DNA from: Sphyrna mokarran
Lineage: Eukaryota
Direction of reading: 5' to 3'
Assembly (NCBI GenBank): GCA_024679065.1
Contig: JAGIQG010000009.1
Span: 99,262,001-99,326,000 of the forward strand
Length of the DNA stretch: 64,000 nucleotides
Shown: positions 35,990 through 50,619 of the stretch, in pieces
Numbering within the stretch: position 1 is the first letter of the stretch
How the letters are laid out: each line of letters opens with the position of its first letter
The notes under the pieces: model-generated
What the model saw: the letters and a program-made list of their open reading frames with translations, nothing else
Told to the model about the DNA's origin: nothing
Databases searched by the model: none
Position numbers and translations under genes: made by a program

Positions 35990-37150
35990 ATTCCAGCCTA
36001 GAACATACTTAGCGAGCCTTGTCTTTGTGGTAAATAATTAGGCAATTTCACCACTTCTGAGGAAAGAAATTCCTCCTCATCTGTGTTAAACGGGCGACTC
36101 CTTATTTTGAGATTATGCGCTCTGGTGCTCGACTCGCAACTGTCCCCTCAGTTTGTACCTTATCGGACCCCCTGAGGATCCGAGAGCTCCCAATAAAGTC
36201 ACCACTCGTTTTTTTGACCTCCAATGAATAAAGGCACAACCTTCTTAACCTCTTCGAGTAAAATTTCTTCCACACCGGATCAATCTGGTTAAACTTCTCT
36301 GGACTGCTTCCAATGCTAGGACATCTTTCCCTATATAACGGGATCAAAACTGTTCACAGTATTCCAGATATCAGCTGACAAGCGACTTGTATAGATTTAG
36401 CAAGTGTTGCCTACGTTCACACTTCACTTCTATTGCAATAATGGCCAATATTGGATTTCCTCCCCAATTTTCTGCTAAAAGTTTATACTTTTTGAGCACT
36501 ATGCAGACCCTACGCAGCTTCCCAGATCCTGCTCTGCAATCTTTCTGCATAGAAAATAACAGTTCCTTTATATTCCTACTAAGGTGCATAAATTTTACAT
36601 TATCCGACTATATTTTCGACTTTCACCTGTTGCCTATATCCCTCCCTAGACCCTTTGTGTCTTCACCACTTGCCTTCCCATCTTTATTTTGTGTCATCCA
36701 CATACTTGGCAACAGTACATTCACTTCCCTCGTTCAAGTTTTTAATATGTATTTTACATAATTTTGGCCCAGCATGGATGTCTATGCACTCCAGTTGTTA
36801 CTACTGTCATCATGAAAATGCACGACTTATTCTTAATCTGTCCTGCATCAGGTAGATAATGCTCCATCCATGATAAAATACTACTTCTAACATCATGGGC
36901 TCTTATCTCATTAGTTAGTTTTTGTGCAGTATCTTGTCAAATGCTCTTAGGAAAGCTAACTATATTAAATCTACTGGTTTCCCTTTATCCTTCCTGCTCA
37001 TTGTCACCTCAAAGAACTCTAATACATTTGCCAGGCATGATTTCCCCCTTCATAATGTTAAACTGACTCTGCTTGACTATAATGCATTTCTAATGAATGT
37101 GCTGTTACATCCTATATAATGGGCTCTAGCAACTGGCCTATAGTTGCTAG
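35990..37150 (-). mobile_element. Decayed CR1 RT
   Basis: LLNLYKSLVS and RLRRLCLYSLE...GDFI motifs; N.KPVDL-like region near 36970. Confidence 0.75.
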
Positions 37151-37471
37151 AGCAACTGGCTTACTTACAAGCTAGAAACTTGTCTGATTATGTACCTAGC
37201 CCAGAACATTAAAGATACATAGAAGAAACTTTCCGAGTCGGAAACAGGAGGAGAAATTATTCCTGAAAAACGATATTTCGGCCCGACTTCAAGGCTGCGC
37301 ACAATGTAGCTCTAAACATAGTTACTTTGGTTAGAGTAATTACTGTTGCGGACATTTGCGTGACGAACAGCTGTAGAAAAAAAAACTTGATCAGATATTC
37401 TCAGAAAACCGTCAGAGAAAAGCATGTGTTAATGTTTCATTCATAAGGGGGAAAGCGATGTAAACACTTAC

Positions 37472-37498
37472 GTGTTGTTTTGTCTGCCATATCAGTTT
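37472..37498 (-). CDS. 27-nt microexon, ETDMADKTT
   Basis: ctctctatttttttaattag|AAACTGATATGGCAGACAAAACAACAC|gtaagt. Confidence 0.78.
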
Positions 37499-37689
37499 CT
37501 AATTAAAAAAATAGAGAGAATTGCACACTAGTTTTCAAAATACAATCACGGTCCAATTTCAGGCACCTAGCATAGGAAGCTGCTAACTGCCATGATGTTA
37601 CAACAAAATAAATTAATAGCAAAACTAACAGCCAAAATGTTTTATAAAAAGAATATAAACTGATTTCATAAAATGCAGCAAAAACTAAC

Positions 37690-40340
37690 AGATACATAGC
37701 GCCTTTAAGTTAGCACTACGTCTCAAGGCTCTTCGCCCGAACATTATCAATCAAACCTTCAAAAAACGTAACACGTAAAATCACCAAATCTTTACTCAAA
37801 GTGGCCATATTTGTAGAAAAGTAATATTCAAAACAGTTTTGACAGTACATTCCGGAGGTTGGGGATTTAATAACTGACGAAGTTTCTGCTAATGATAGAG
37901 CAATGAAAATCGAAAATACTCAGATAAGCAAAACTAACAAGACGCAGCAGATATCTCAGAGGATTGTCAGATATGCATAATTAGAGGCTTAGGCAGGGAC
38001 AACGAAATTGATGGATTAAAAAATAAGACGATAATTTTAAAATCGAGACGTTGCTTGTCAAGGAACCAATGTAAATCAGCGATATCAAGATGGAAAGATG
38101 AATGTTATGAGATGGACAGCTGAGATTTGACCAAACTTAGGTTTAGGGACAGTAAAACCTAGGGTTACGAACAGGAGTATTTTTGAAAATTCGATCCTGA
38201 AGACATGCATAATTCAGCAGTTGATGAACTATTGCAGGGTGAAGTTGTCTATCTGATGGAGGTGAAAATAAGCACCTGAGTGGCACATATATATGTTTGG
38301 AAGCTTATGCAGGGGTCGAATAATGCACAGTGTTTGCTACAAGCACGATTCAACTTCAGACAGTACCAATTGAATGGGGTGGGTTTGGCAAAAATGTATA
38401 GAGTATGTGCAGGTCTCTCAAGTATTTTGTTGTATAACCCATGTTTCCAGTATCGGCTAGTAAACAGATAGTCGCACAATTCAGAGGCATATGCTGGAAT
38501 AAGTGACTACGTTCATGTGTATTTACATGTCAGTATCACGTAGGAAAGTGGTATTGAGTTTTCAGATGGTGCCACTGAAGGACGGATGTAAATGAAAAAT
38601 AGAAGATAGCCAAGCCTAAATCCCTGAAGTATACCAGATATGATGATCAGGAACTGGGGGAAACAGCAATACAATATTTCATTGATCACAATAATGCAGT
38701 TAAGTGGAATGTGATGAGAGCAGTTTCAATCAGCTGAGCTGTTGTGCAGAAGATGAGACAGGCGCAAGTAAAGATAATAATATGCATGTTTTTAGGTATG
38801 TCGAAAAGTACGAACAAGAATAGATTGACATTTCTGTACTCACATAAGATATCATCAGTCAACGAGAACGAGCACTGTATCGTAAGTCGATGGAAACATA
38901 GTTAACGAGCTTTTCTAATTTGTAGAGCTTTTCAGCCGAAAGTGAAATAGAAGATGGGGGAGTAAGTTTCAAGGATGTTGGAATCTATTTTTCATCCTGC
39001 GGAGATTCATGATGACGGCATGTTACAAGGGGACTGGCACAACTTTGAATAGGAAGATAGGATCCCTAGTACAGAAGGAGGTCATGAGCTTGCACCGACA
39101 ATAATCCCACCCCATCCCATAACCCCACGTATTATACCATCCTAGTCCCCTTGACACTAAGCAGTAATGAAGTGTGGCCAATCAAACTAACTTGTGTATC
39201 TTTGGATTGTGGGTGAAAACCGGAGTATCGGGAGGAAAACCACACAGTCACCCATGACAGAATTGAAGGCAGCAGTGCTAAGCAATGTAGAGAACTGTGT
39301 GGTGCTTCCCAGGATTGTGTATGGTGATGATGCAAGCTCTGGTTATCTATGACTTTCAGGGCGACCAGGGAACAATGAACCGTCGTGGCACGGGAGATCA
39401 AGGCCCAATAGAGCTTTATTTTGTTTAACCAGTCTTGATCGTCAGTGTCCAATCCTGTTGTTCACAGCTGCAATTTTGACTGTAGTTGTGAATTGTAAAC
39501 GATTTTGTAAACAGCATTCTTTTGACAGACGCAAGGTCAGAATATTGGAATAGAGAACAGGGATACGGTTGTGGAGTGACAAGGAGTGGTTTCATCTCTG
39601 ATGGGATAGATATCGAGTCTTCATGAAATGATAAGGCATATAAATGGACATGATTATGTATTGCGGAATTTACATTGAGGAGATCGAGCAATGATTGGAG
39701 ATCAATAAACTCAGCGGAGGGGGAATGACACGATGAATTAATTTACTTTTATGTGATCGAAGATGATAAATTATTCGATGTAGAGGCTAAATGAATACAT
39801 CAATGTAGTTATTGATTGAAACATTGCAGGATAGCTTTGGCAGGCTGTAAAGGGTGAGTGAGGACATAGAATGGGAAGTGAGTGAAGTGAAACAAGGTGA
39901 AATGCCGAGATGAAGTGTAGCTCCTAGGGACTGGCCCCAAAGGAATTCGGTATAAAAATCAGTTTGTTTACACGACAACCTGCGAGAAAATGGAGTAAGT
40001 CACAAGCACACAGTGAGGCATCGTTTGGGCAAAACATGGTAGTGCTTAGAAGCCGAATTTCTATTCCAACGATGCCAACAACGCAAGCATTCGTTGAAAC
40101 TTCATTAATAACACCAAAGATCTGGTTATCTGGAAGAAAAAAATGGCAAACAGTGTCAATGTCCAATGTTCGGCAGGCAGAGTCCATAAACTTAACACGC
40201 AATGGACAGTTCAATGGGAATGAAATTGGCAGAACTATAACTGCGAATTCATTGGGTATGAAGCTCGATGACCGGAAAGGATTAGGCGGTCGAGGCCGTT
40301 GCTCATGTGGAAGCAGCAACAAGTCCTATGCTCCGTAATT
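37690..40340 (-). mobile_element. Decayed L2 LINE, interrupted by a SINE at ~39055-39290
   Basis: L2-type 3' tail atagcgcctttaa...cgtctcaaggc at ~37695; degenerate RT and endonuclease sequence upstream. Another L2-like piece at ~41700-42080. Confidence 0.6.
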
Positions 40341-40404
40341 GTGAGTATTGTTATAGACGCAGGAGGAAAAATAGTAGGTTCAACAAATACGAAATACAGC
40401 CGTA

Positions 40405-41555
40405 CAGTCAGAGAGGTTTACAACATGGAAACAAGTCCTTTAGCCCAATTCGTCCATGCTGCCTTTTTTTAAACCTTTAAACAAATCCTAATTGCCCGCA
40501 TGTGGCCCATATCCCTCCATACACATTGCACCCATGTGACTATCTAAATGCTTTTCAAAAGATAAAATTTTGCCCTCTACTACTATCTCAGACAGCTTGA
40601 TCCAGACGCTCAGCACCCTCTGTGTGAAAAAAATGCTCTTCTGGACATTTTTGTACCTCTCCCCTCTCACATTAAATCCATGCCCTCTAGTTTTAGACTC
40701 CTCTAAATTTGGGAAAACATATTGACTATCTATCTTGTCTATGCCCCTCATTATTTTATAGACCTCATTTAGGTCACCCCTGAGCTTCCTACGCTCCAGA
40801 GAAAAACGTCCCAGTGTATTCGGCCTCTCCTTATAACTTAATCCATCAAGTGCCGGTAGCATCCTGGTAAACCCTATCTGCACTCTTTCTATTTTAATAA
40901 TATCCTTTCTATTAGAGGGTGACTAGAATTGCACGCAGTATTCCAAGTGTGGCCTTAACAATATCTTGTACAACTTCAACAAGACGTCTAAACTCCTGTA
41001 TTCAATGTTCTGACTGATGAAACCAAGCATACCGAATGCCTTCTTCACCACTCTATCCACCTGTGATTCCACTTTCAAGGAGTTATGGATATGTACCCCT
41101 AGATCTCTTTGTTCCATAACTCTCCTCAACGCCGTATCATTAACTGAGTAAGCCTTGCCCTTCTTCAATGTACCAAAATGCATCACCTCGCATTTAGCTA
41201 AATCAAACTCCATCTGTCATTCATCAGCCCCTTGGTGCAATTGATCAAGATCCCGCAATTGGAGATAACATTCTTCACTGTCCACAGTGCCACCAATCTC
41301 GGTGTCATCTGCAAACTTACCAACTATGGCCCCTATATTCTCATCCAAATCATTTATATAAATGACAAATAACAGTGGGTCCAGCACTCATCCCTGAGGC
41401 ACACTGCTCCTCAGTCACAGGTCTCCAGTTTGAAAAACAACTCTCTACAACCATCATTTAGATGCCTCACTCTGGATCCCGTGAGATTTAACTTTATGCA
41501 ACAATCTACCATGCGGTACCTTGTCAAAGGCCATGCTAATATTCATGTAGACAAA
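40405..41555 (-). mobile_element. Relatively young CR1 (HER1-like) RT C-terminal region
   Basis: AFDKVPHGRLLHKVKSHGI, MEFDLAKCEVMHFG, RDLGVHIHNSLK, LYKILLRPHLEYCVQF, RGDLNEVYKIMRG. Confidence 0.95.
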
Positions 41556-43703
41556 TGAAGCCTGTGACAGTAGTAAAGGAAAATAATGAGAAGCACTGAA
41601 AATCGGGGTAAACATTTGGCAGTACAGACTATGCCAGATTGGAGACAACATAGGTCGCGAAAGTCAGGAGAGAGGTGCATAGGTGTTTGAAGAGACCATA
41701 CGACGGAGGACATTTAGCTCATCGAACCTGGAGAAATAAAGAAATTTTGAAATGAAAGTAATGGGCACGGTTCCGGAGTGACAGTTGGAGTGTGAGCATG
41801 AATGTACATATGGAGATCCCAAATAATCCGGCTACGTGGCAAAATATTTTGGAAATGAATGCTGAATAGAGAATGGACATGGGGAATAATTCCGTTGGGA
41901 GATGCAGGAAATCCAATCGCGGATGAAGCTGAAGTGGGCAGTGTGGTGTCAAAATGATGTATCAGCGAATTTCTGCCCAAGTTTTGAGTTGGATGCAGCA
42001 GATCAACAAAGTTCCGACGCGACTTGAAGTGTTGAGTATTGGAATGTGCACTCATAGAGGCAGCTCAATGGAATTAATATCTAGAAGATGTACATATTCT
42101 GTTGCAGAACAGAAAAATAAGTTATAAATCATCTTACAATCCAAAGGCAGTAGATAAGTAATATTGATATACATATACGACAGTGACCCTTGTGAGGGTC
42201 TCCTCTCGCCACTGTCATCACATGAGCCGTCTTGAAAATTCTTGCCTAAAGCTCACGTTTGATGATAGCCATCACAGATGAAGGCAAATCTGAGGCCCAG
42301 TGAAGAACAAGTCAATTGAAATTAAATCTAATCACATTCAAAATCTTTTGCAAATTTATGATTGCTGGTTGCGCGTCTCCGCTCAAGACTAATTCTACTT
42401 CGTCGTAGACAGGACAGCGAATTCGCCACACCAAAATGTTAGCGACACAAAATATACTGACGTCGAAGTATTTTACCAGGTTTTAGCAATATTTATATGC
42501 CACCATATTCAATGTCAAACAACACAATGTTCTGGTTGTTGATATTCCGAATGTAACCCGTTTTGTTGCTTGCTACAGTCATTGAGAGATTTGGCCATTG
42601 TGCCTAAATCTGGAAGAAAAGGACCAGAAAATTGTCCTGTTGCAGGATGGAAATTACTGTGCAGCCATTGCAAAGCAACACATTGATGCGTTCTGTGTAC
42701 CAATTCAGTGGTGTGTGTTAAGACACTTACAATCTTGTAAATAATAACAGAATAAAACCACGCCATTAATTGTGGTCAGTTGCATTTTAATGCATAACTT
42801 TCATGCATTCAGTGGTTGTCGGCACCATGCTATTGCACAGTTCCTCTTGTCTATTGCCTTCTTGCTTTCTGGAAAATTTTCTTTCGGGATAGCATAATTC
42901 AACAGTACAGGAATTTATATTGGCAATGTTATCGGAGGAATATGTCTTCATTTGGAAATAAGAAATGATTTTCGTAGAGCTAGTGGGTATAATATCGTGC
43001 AAAACTATTTGTTTAGACTCATCATCTAGATATATTCATACCATATAGTTCGCCGGCAGGGACAATATTTTCCAATGGAAGCAAAGCAAATTGCGTTTCA
43101 ATTCAATTATTTAGACTTCTGTCAAATGACTGATAATACTGAGGAACTGTGCATTCACTGTAATTAAATATTCAGATGAAGGCAGTAAATTTGCAGTGGT
43201 TTCAAGATCTGTTCCCAGTTACTTTCAAACTTAATTTCTGCTGTTCGCGAGGGTAGTAATCTAACGTCGTTGAAAAAATGCATTAATTGTTGCAGTACAA
43301 AATAAAAATACACCCGATGTGGAAATTGTTGGAATGGTCACTATTTCTGTCACTTGAAATATAAAGGGGAGCAATTAGATCGCCGTGATTTACATTGACT
43401 AAATTTTTCAATTTCTATCCTTTCATTTGAATGGCATTGGATTTATTTTTAAACTGCAACCCTATCTTTGGTCATGGAAGATTGCTACATTCCTTCTTTC
43501 CGTTCCACTTTTCCGGAAGTGCTTATATGCTGAACATGAGGCCTCTGGCCTGTAGCTGGCGATATGGAGCGCGAAACTGCGTTTTGCTGCCATGTGCGCA
43601 AATAGATGAGCTTTGTTTTTTAATTTTCCAAGGCAGCACCATAGTTTCAGATGGGAAAAAATACGTTCCGTAAGATTACCTGCACGAGTTATGATATACT
43701 TAC

Positions 43704-43730
43704 CTTGCTCCTTTGAAGAAATGCCAGCGA
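43704..43730 (-). CDS. 27-nt microexon, VAGISSKEQ
   Basis: ttctctattgatttcag|TCGCTGGCATTTCTTCAAAGGAGCAAG|gtaagt (consensus donor). Confidence 0.8.
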
Positions 43731-45189
43731 CTGAAATCAATAGAGAATCAAGTGAGGGAGAAAATTGATGCTCCATTTGAATACACATTTTCAGGAATTA
43801 GAATTCGCAGCTTGTTGTGAAATGTAATATTAAAATAAGAATTGACGATGCAAATTGAAATAAGTTTCAGACTTCAACTTAGCTTCTTTTATATGTTAGC
43901 CAATGTTATTTCATATATTATTGTCACTTATATAAACGTGAACATGTATGGTAGTCGCATTTTTTAAAAGAACAAACTAAAATAAATTGATTTCTCCAAA
44001 CACTGTGTTTGGAAAATATTGATGAAAATAGTTGAGATGTCTGTAAGGACGTTGAAGACTACAATTTCTTTTCAACTATTATATGGAATCTATACACAGA
44101 AGGGCATTGAAGTCCTCAGCCAGAATTCATCATGCATACTTGTTTTCCTCAACGTTTCTTATAAGTGGTGTCTAACATTTTGGAGTACATCGGCGAAGGT
44201 AGGATGATAAGTAGCAAATGATGGATTTTCTTTTTTTACTTGAAAACATAAACTCTCCAAATATTTTAATTGTTAAATGTATGTTACCTGCATGAAGTTT
44301 AGTTAGCAAATATATAGTATTGGAGAGAAAGTCTTGTCTTTCTTTTTTCTTCTTGAGGCATCTGTTTCACTGGCCAGGGCATAATTAATTGTCTATTCCC
44401 AATTGGCGTTGATAAGGTGATGATGTGCTGCCTTCTTGATCATCTGTCAATGTTTTGAAAGTACAGCCACAGTGTTGATAGGGAGAGAGTTGAAGGATCT
44501 TGATCAACAGGGGGATCTTTCTAAGTCAGGTTGGTGAGTGACTTGGAGAGGAGCATCCAGTGGGCGTGTTTGTATGAATAATTTGTCCTCATCTTTCTAG
44601 ATAGTAGTCGTCTTGGATGTGCAAATCTCGGTGATTTCCAGCTGTGCATCTTCTAAAATGGACACAGTGCTGCTGCTGTTCGTCGTTGATGCTGGGAGTG
44701 AACGTTTGTAGATTGTGCACCAGAATAAGCGCACTACTTTGTCCCAGAAAGTGTTAAACTCCTTGTTTGTTTTTGTGCTCCGATAGTTTTCCTTTAAACA
44801 TCTGAATTGTGTCATGTAAATGGTGGAGAGGCTTTGGCAAGTCATGCAGTAAAATACTCGCCGCCGGGTTCTTAGCCTTTGACCTGCTTTTGGAGCAAGG
44901 GTATGCGTGTTGAGACAGCCCTGCTTCGTTCCTGGCCATTGATCATACTCATACGTTGGTATAGCAATAGTGTCAGACTTTCTCTCTACTTCTTCAGAGT
45001 CTTCAAACTGGAATGGTCATAATGATATAGTAGATGACGTGCCAAAGTACCAAAAATATTCGGAAATCAAATGTTGTAGCATTCTTGATTCTTTATTCGT
45101 GTTTCCTTTCATTATGGCTGAACAGAAATGCACCCGTCCATCAGTTGTAACTAGCAAACTCGACTATGATTTATTTCATTCCCAAAATT

Positions 45190-45475
45190 AAAGTTAAAGT
45201 TTACTCATCATAAGTAGGCTGACATTATCACTACAATGAAGTTACTGTGAAAACGCCCCAGCTGTGCACCTATTTGGATACAATGAGAGATAATTTAGCA
45301 TGGCCAATGTACTAAACCAGCACGTATTTTGGATTGTGGGAGAAAACCACAGAAGAAATATACGCAGGCACTGGGATTACGAGCAAACTCCACAAAGACA
45401 CGATCACCACAAGCCGTGAATCGAACCCGGGTCCTTAGTGCTGTGAGGCAGCAATGCTAATAGCTGTGCCGCCAA
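45190..45475 (-). mobile_element. HE1-like SINE
   Basis: aatcgaacccgggtccttagtgctgtgaggcagcaatgctaa head; same tail as other copies. Confidence 0.85.
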
Positions 45476-46699
45476 TGACGATGATTGCATGGCAGGTATT
45501 GCAATTTTGGAGGCCTCTTGATCATACTTTTTGCATGACTACACACAGCAGAATATCTATCGTGTGTTCCCTGACAGCATTATCTACGATCTACAATGTC
45601 CAAGGTCTTAACAACTACCTGAATAGCAACCAGCAGCAATACTTCGTGATTATATTTGACCTGATAGATCTTACGGCCTCTGTAATCAATTTTGAAGATT
45701 CCCGATATATTTCCCTTAGTACAATGCACGAGTTTCACCCAAAATGCCGGTTTCTCCCCTTACTGTTAAAATTATCTCAAAATTAATGCGTGCGCTTTAG
45801 TGGTAAGCCTAATATTCACCTGTTCATTTGCTCATATTTTATTAGGAGAGATGATTGTTCAAATAAGTTTGACCGAGAGATACTATAATTGCTATTTACG
45901 AATGATACAGAACTCTTTTTTCCATTTTAGAATGTGGCATGGTATCCAAACCTACTAACTGATGTGGTTAAACAGACTTCTCATTACTATTCTTCCACAC
46001 TTCTACTCTTGGTATGTACACTTCCTTTAAAACAAATCCGTTGATTTCTTCCGGATTGGGGACCTAATGACAGTATTTCTTTCGAAAAATTACGAATGCA
46101 AAGACGTAGACGAGCTCAACAAGCTTAGCAGAGAATAATGAAATCAGAACTGAAGACAGCAGAGAGTAGTTATTTGTTTCAGAATAGTCTCTGGCAGCTG
46201 TTGATTCTGGCAGCAAAAAGGGCGGTCGTATTTGGAGGCTAGTGTCGCATTCAACTGGAGAATCCGAATCAATTTTCAGAAATTAGAGTTTAAATCAGCG
46301 GCTTATGTGTCATTCTCACTGAGGAGAGCAGGATGGAGTGCAATTTCTATGGAGACGCGATCTTGGAAAATATGCTGTGAGAGAAATCGGTCCAATGAAC
46401 TTAAGGATAGTGCTCTGGTATTCATTTTTTTTCAAGAAAAGGTAAACGCCAATGATGAAGCGAGAGACATATCAGGCCCGAAATCACAGGATCAGAGTTG
46501 GAACGTAATTCTTTAGGTAATCAGGTATCAAATTGGTTTTCAGTTTCACGCATTTGTTTTCCTTGAAATGGGACAGTAGTTTAACCATGCTAATTTTAAG
46601 GCCCAATTCGTTTAACTAATATGCTTTGCTACAAATAACAGTTGCGTGAGTATTCAAAGCTTTAAACAGTAATTAGTTAAATGAAAAAATACAATTATA

Positions 46700-46960
46700 C
46701 ACAGCAGGCAGATGACAGATTGCAAATGTGACACTTGCGTGTTGGTGGATGCCAATATGATCCATAGCAATCACATTTGCAGCAATTTGTCATCAGCTTG
46801 AGGAACGTCAATTCAGGCTTGATGAACTGTAGTCTGAACTTCAGACACTGCAGAGGAAGCAAGTATTTAGGAAGGCAAGTTAGAACGTGGGATTTGTCGC
46901 AAGGAGCTAGAGTATACTAGTAGCAAAGTATTGCGACAGTTTTACAGAAGATGATCCTGA
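46700..46960 (+). mobile_element. CR1 ORF1 zinc-finger/coiled-coil remnant
   Basis: CDTC..., HICS..C.QLEE....LDEL.SELQTL. Confidence 0.5.
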
Positions 46961-48389
46961 ATAGTAGGAGAATGTGCTGAATTGATGAGAACATCGTCAC
47001 ACAGCCCAAGAATCAATAATTTGCTATGATAAATTCAGTGTTCTTCAACGATTTCCGAAGCAAATTTGAAGAGTGAACTCCACGTCCTCTAATCAATTCT
47101 TCCTGAACTTTTAATCAGGCGCTTTCATGCCATTATACTGAGATTTATTGCTAGAAGGACATTTATGCATGAATGGAATATTCTTCAGGTAAGTGTTCCG
47201 AAGGTGACAATGGTTCAAATATTGATATTATCAAGTTTGGATAATAAAATGTTATCCATTGCAGAATTCCTCCGTACGAATGAAACTCACAGGGACGCAG
47301 TTAGAGCTACAATGAGTGGCATTGTTATATAGTGGTTTGAAGAGGTGGAAACATTAACTGTTGGTTGATGCAATTTTTAACAATTGATTTATGGGACTGG
47401 CTGGCAAGGATTTATTGCCCGTCCTTAGTTGTCCTTGAGAAAATAGCGGTGAGCTGCCTTCTTGAATCGTTGCAGCACACATGTGTGGGTTGACTCACAA
47501 TACCAATAGAGAGGGGATTCCAGAATTTTGAACAGTGTTCCACTGAACACTGTTTGATGGAACTGTGTTACACTTCCAAGTCAGGAAGGTGAGTGGCTTG
47601 GAGGGGAACTTGCAGGTATTGGTGTTCCCATGTATCTGCTACCTTTGCCTTTCTAGATCGACATGGTTGTGAGTTTAGAAGGTGTTGTGTAAGGATTTTT
47701 GGTAAATTGCTGCAATGCATCTTCTAGTTAGTATACTCTGTTGCTAATGAGCGTCGGTAGAGGAGAGATTGAACGTTTGTAGATATGGTGCCAATCAAAC
47801 GGGCTGCTTGTCCTGTATGCTGTTAAGTGTTGTTCATATGCTAAAGTAAAATGGTTAGACGTACGAATGGGTCAGACTATTTGGTGACTAGCTGGCAAAT
47901 GGAGGGAAGTGCACTGTTTTCCTGCCCATCTGATTATATTTGCAGCTGTCAATAAATAGAAAAATCTCTTGCTGTGGAAGAATGGGCACCAGTTGCACTG
48001 CAACCCAATTTCCACAGCGATACGAACGAGAAACAAAATGAAAAATGTGAATTAGGTCAGGGCATGACATAATGTACCCAATGTCAATATTACAGGCATA
48101 ACCGAAATGTAGCAAAATTCTCTTGAAACCATTTTAGTATTATTTGATGTCCATAAGCTCCTCGATAACACTGTACTTTTCATTTCTAAGCAAAACGAAT
48201 CATGTATGACAACGACATAAACAAATGCCATAAATATAAATAATGAAAACAAACTTGTGGATGTACGTAGTTCATTATTTTCTGTGGATTAAAATAAACA
48301 TTAATTAGATGCATGATATCAAACCGAAATCTAAATCAGGAATCAAACACAAAGATTTGCAATAGATTTGAAATTTTTGAACTCCTCAC

Positions 48390-48416
48390 CAGCTTTCAGT
48401 TCGGCAATTATCTCAT
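48390..48416 (-). CDS. 27-nt microexon, NEIIAELKA
   Basis: ttttatttctgtgtcag|ATGAGATAATTGCCGAACTGAAAGCTG|gtgagg. Confidence 0.78.
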
Positions 48417-48634
48417 CTGACACAGAAATAAAACCATTGGCAATGAGTAGCAATCCTTCACATCTCAGAATAACAATTGAACGAAAATCACAAATTAATA
48501 TTTTTTTTGCACTGGGCCTTTTCAAGTAAAAAATCTTGGACGACAGCGATTCTTCATTTCATTCCCCAGAGCAATTATTTGAAAAATCATAGTCAACTCT
48601 TGGTTTGAATTTTACCCGAAACTGCGTCTTAAGT

Positions 48635-48800
48635 ATTCCCTTGGACAATCCCCATGGCAAAGCCTCGACCAATCAGAGTTAGCTGGCTAATCAACTCATA
48701 TCATACATTATAATTATCTCAGAGATACTGGCAATTTTATCCTGATGAGTACAATTTGAAAAGCTTTATCAGCTTGTCTTCCTTTCAGCAATTCTCAATA
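48635..48800 (+). mobile_element. Short Penelope-type terminus with a hammerhead-like core
   Basis: cctgatgagtacaatttgaaaagct at ~48741-48765. Confidence 0.45.
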
Positions 48801-48850
48801 TCAATGTTTTAAGCAGGATATTCATTGACAAGTTGTTAACTTGCAACTAC

Positions 48851-48865
48851 TTGGGGCACCAGTAG
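48851..48865 (-). CDS. 15-nt microexon, TTGAP
   Basis: gattttcttgtttcag|CTACTGGTGCCCCAA|gtagtt; donor moderate. Confidence 0.55.
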
Positions 48866-48992
48866 CTGAAACAAGAAAATCAGACATCATTGGACCTTTG
48901 GAGGTTGAAATCAAGCAGATGTATGATTCTTTTGACGTGTACAATGGAAACCGTGACCTAGCAGCTGAGAACTGCGTCCATGAAGGTCATAC

Positions 48993-49007
48993 TATCGCTC
49001 GAAATTC
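48993..49007 (-). CDS. 15-nt microexon, GISSD
   Basis: ccgcttgtttcag|GAATTTCGAGCGATA|gtatga. Confidence 0.6.
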
Positions 49008-50395
49008 CTGAAACAAGCGGACTTTGAGTAGTGGTAAATACCTTTTTCCACTACATCACAAAGCTTCATAGTGTTATGATTAAAAATATGTTTGGCGAAA
49101 TGTATTTTCCACATCAAACTAAAAACGTGGAAGTGGATGTAAAATGTATGGGTGGAAGAAAATGTGGAACAGTTTTCCTTATGAGTGTCTCTGTAGTTTT
49201 AGACATGCATGAGCAATAGTGAATGTTTCAGGATCAGTTGCTGCAAGGACCATTCTCTCAACCTGCCCTATATTTTCCACCCTTTTATCAATTTGTCATA
49301 TTGTCAATCGGCATTGAACTGATGGGATGTCGGCTCCTACAATACAATCTCTGCAGCTCCTGTACATTTTCCAGCATCATCAAGCACAAAATGGCATCAA
49401 GCAAGCATCCATTGTAATAGATGGAAGAAAAGATGGCCCCATTGAAACAATCACTTTGCACCAAAATCAAATGTTTCATACTTTATATTGGTCTGTGAAT
49501 CCACATGCCGAACGAATCGATTTTTTCTTAAAGGCTCCAACCATGGATTTCATTTGGTTGTTTATTTCTACTATATTGCTTCTAAATTGGTGCAAAATTA
49601 ATCTAACACGTGGACAGAAACAATTTCCTTGCAGTGTTTTGTCAATGTAAGCATCTTCGAAATATTCCCTCAGCGAGGAAAACTCATCGAGTTTCACTTT
49701 CTTAAAACGTATTTCTATAGCGCCAGCATAATTCACTTCAGAATTCGAAAACATTCATTGTTGCTCGTTATTAAAATTGCTGGATGGAATTTTAATTTAT
49801 ACACGATGTTACACAGAAAATCATGGACTGCATAAGGGATGCACTCTCAACGAAATAAATTCAGTTTTCAAATCCGTTATACATAACATGCAAGAACCTT
49901 GGATGGCTTGAATATTGAATTTTCCTGTTGTTATAAAAAAATCTGGTTTGGAACATTTATTTTGCTCCATATTCTGATGCCATTTTCCACTTACTAATGT
50001 CCAATTAACGGATTTATCTTACTGCATTCAGGTTATTGGGAAAATTGTATGAATATTTAGAATGGAAAATTAGTTTACGAATGAGCACAATTTTATAAGC
50101 AATTTCACTGTTCTGTTTATTTGTTCTGCTAAGTTCACTTATAGATGTTTCTACGTTTTTAATCAATTCTGGTATTACGTGTTAACCAAACGAATTGATT
50201 GTTTATGTAAACTTACTGCTACTTCGTAGTAGGCAATACTCACTGTCGGATTTGCACTTCGCATCCAGCTCTAAAGTTAAAGATGCAAAAATTTGAATTG
50301 GAATATTGTTCATGTAAAACCATTCAATCACGTACTGAACGTTTCGAAAGGAACAGCATCTATGTAATGGAAGAATATTTTGACAGCACATGTAC

Positions 50396-50422
50396 CTTTC
50401 TCCTTTCGACTCAGAAGTGTTT
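50396..50422 (-). CDS. 27-nt microexon, ETLLSRKEK
   Basis: tctgcgtttattacag|AAACACTTCTGAGTCGAAAGGAGAAAG|gtacat. Confidence 0.72.
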
Positions 50423-50619
50423 CTGTAATAAACGCAGACACATTTCTATTTAAGACATATGATAAAATGTGTTTACTTCCACATCGTCCAGATGATGTGG
50501 AGTTCAGATGCAAAGCCGCATTATGACGAATCATATTTAATAGAAAAATAAATTGTTTATAATGACTGAGTTGATATTGTTCCACAATATGCAAAGTGCG
50601 GCACAATAGTTCTACTCCT

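Noticed and set aside
42731-42868. 3-nt exon (ATT) or first exon MQLTTINGVVLFCYYLQD before a gtaagt donor; also 30-nt ESKKAIDKRN
   Set aside because: Each ends in T and would create TAA when joined to the next exon (37498, starts AA); acceptors or donor are weak.
49288-49754. Adjacent minus ORFs considered as cytokine, transposase or viral relic
   Set aside because: No recognisable motif and no compatible splice phases; lengths are within chance expectation.
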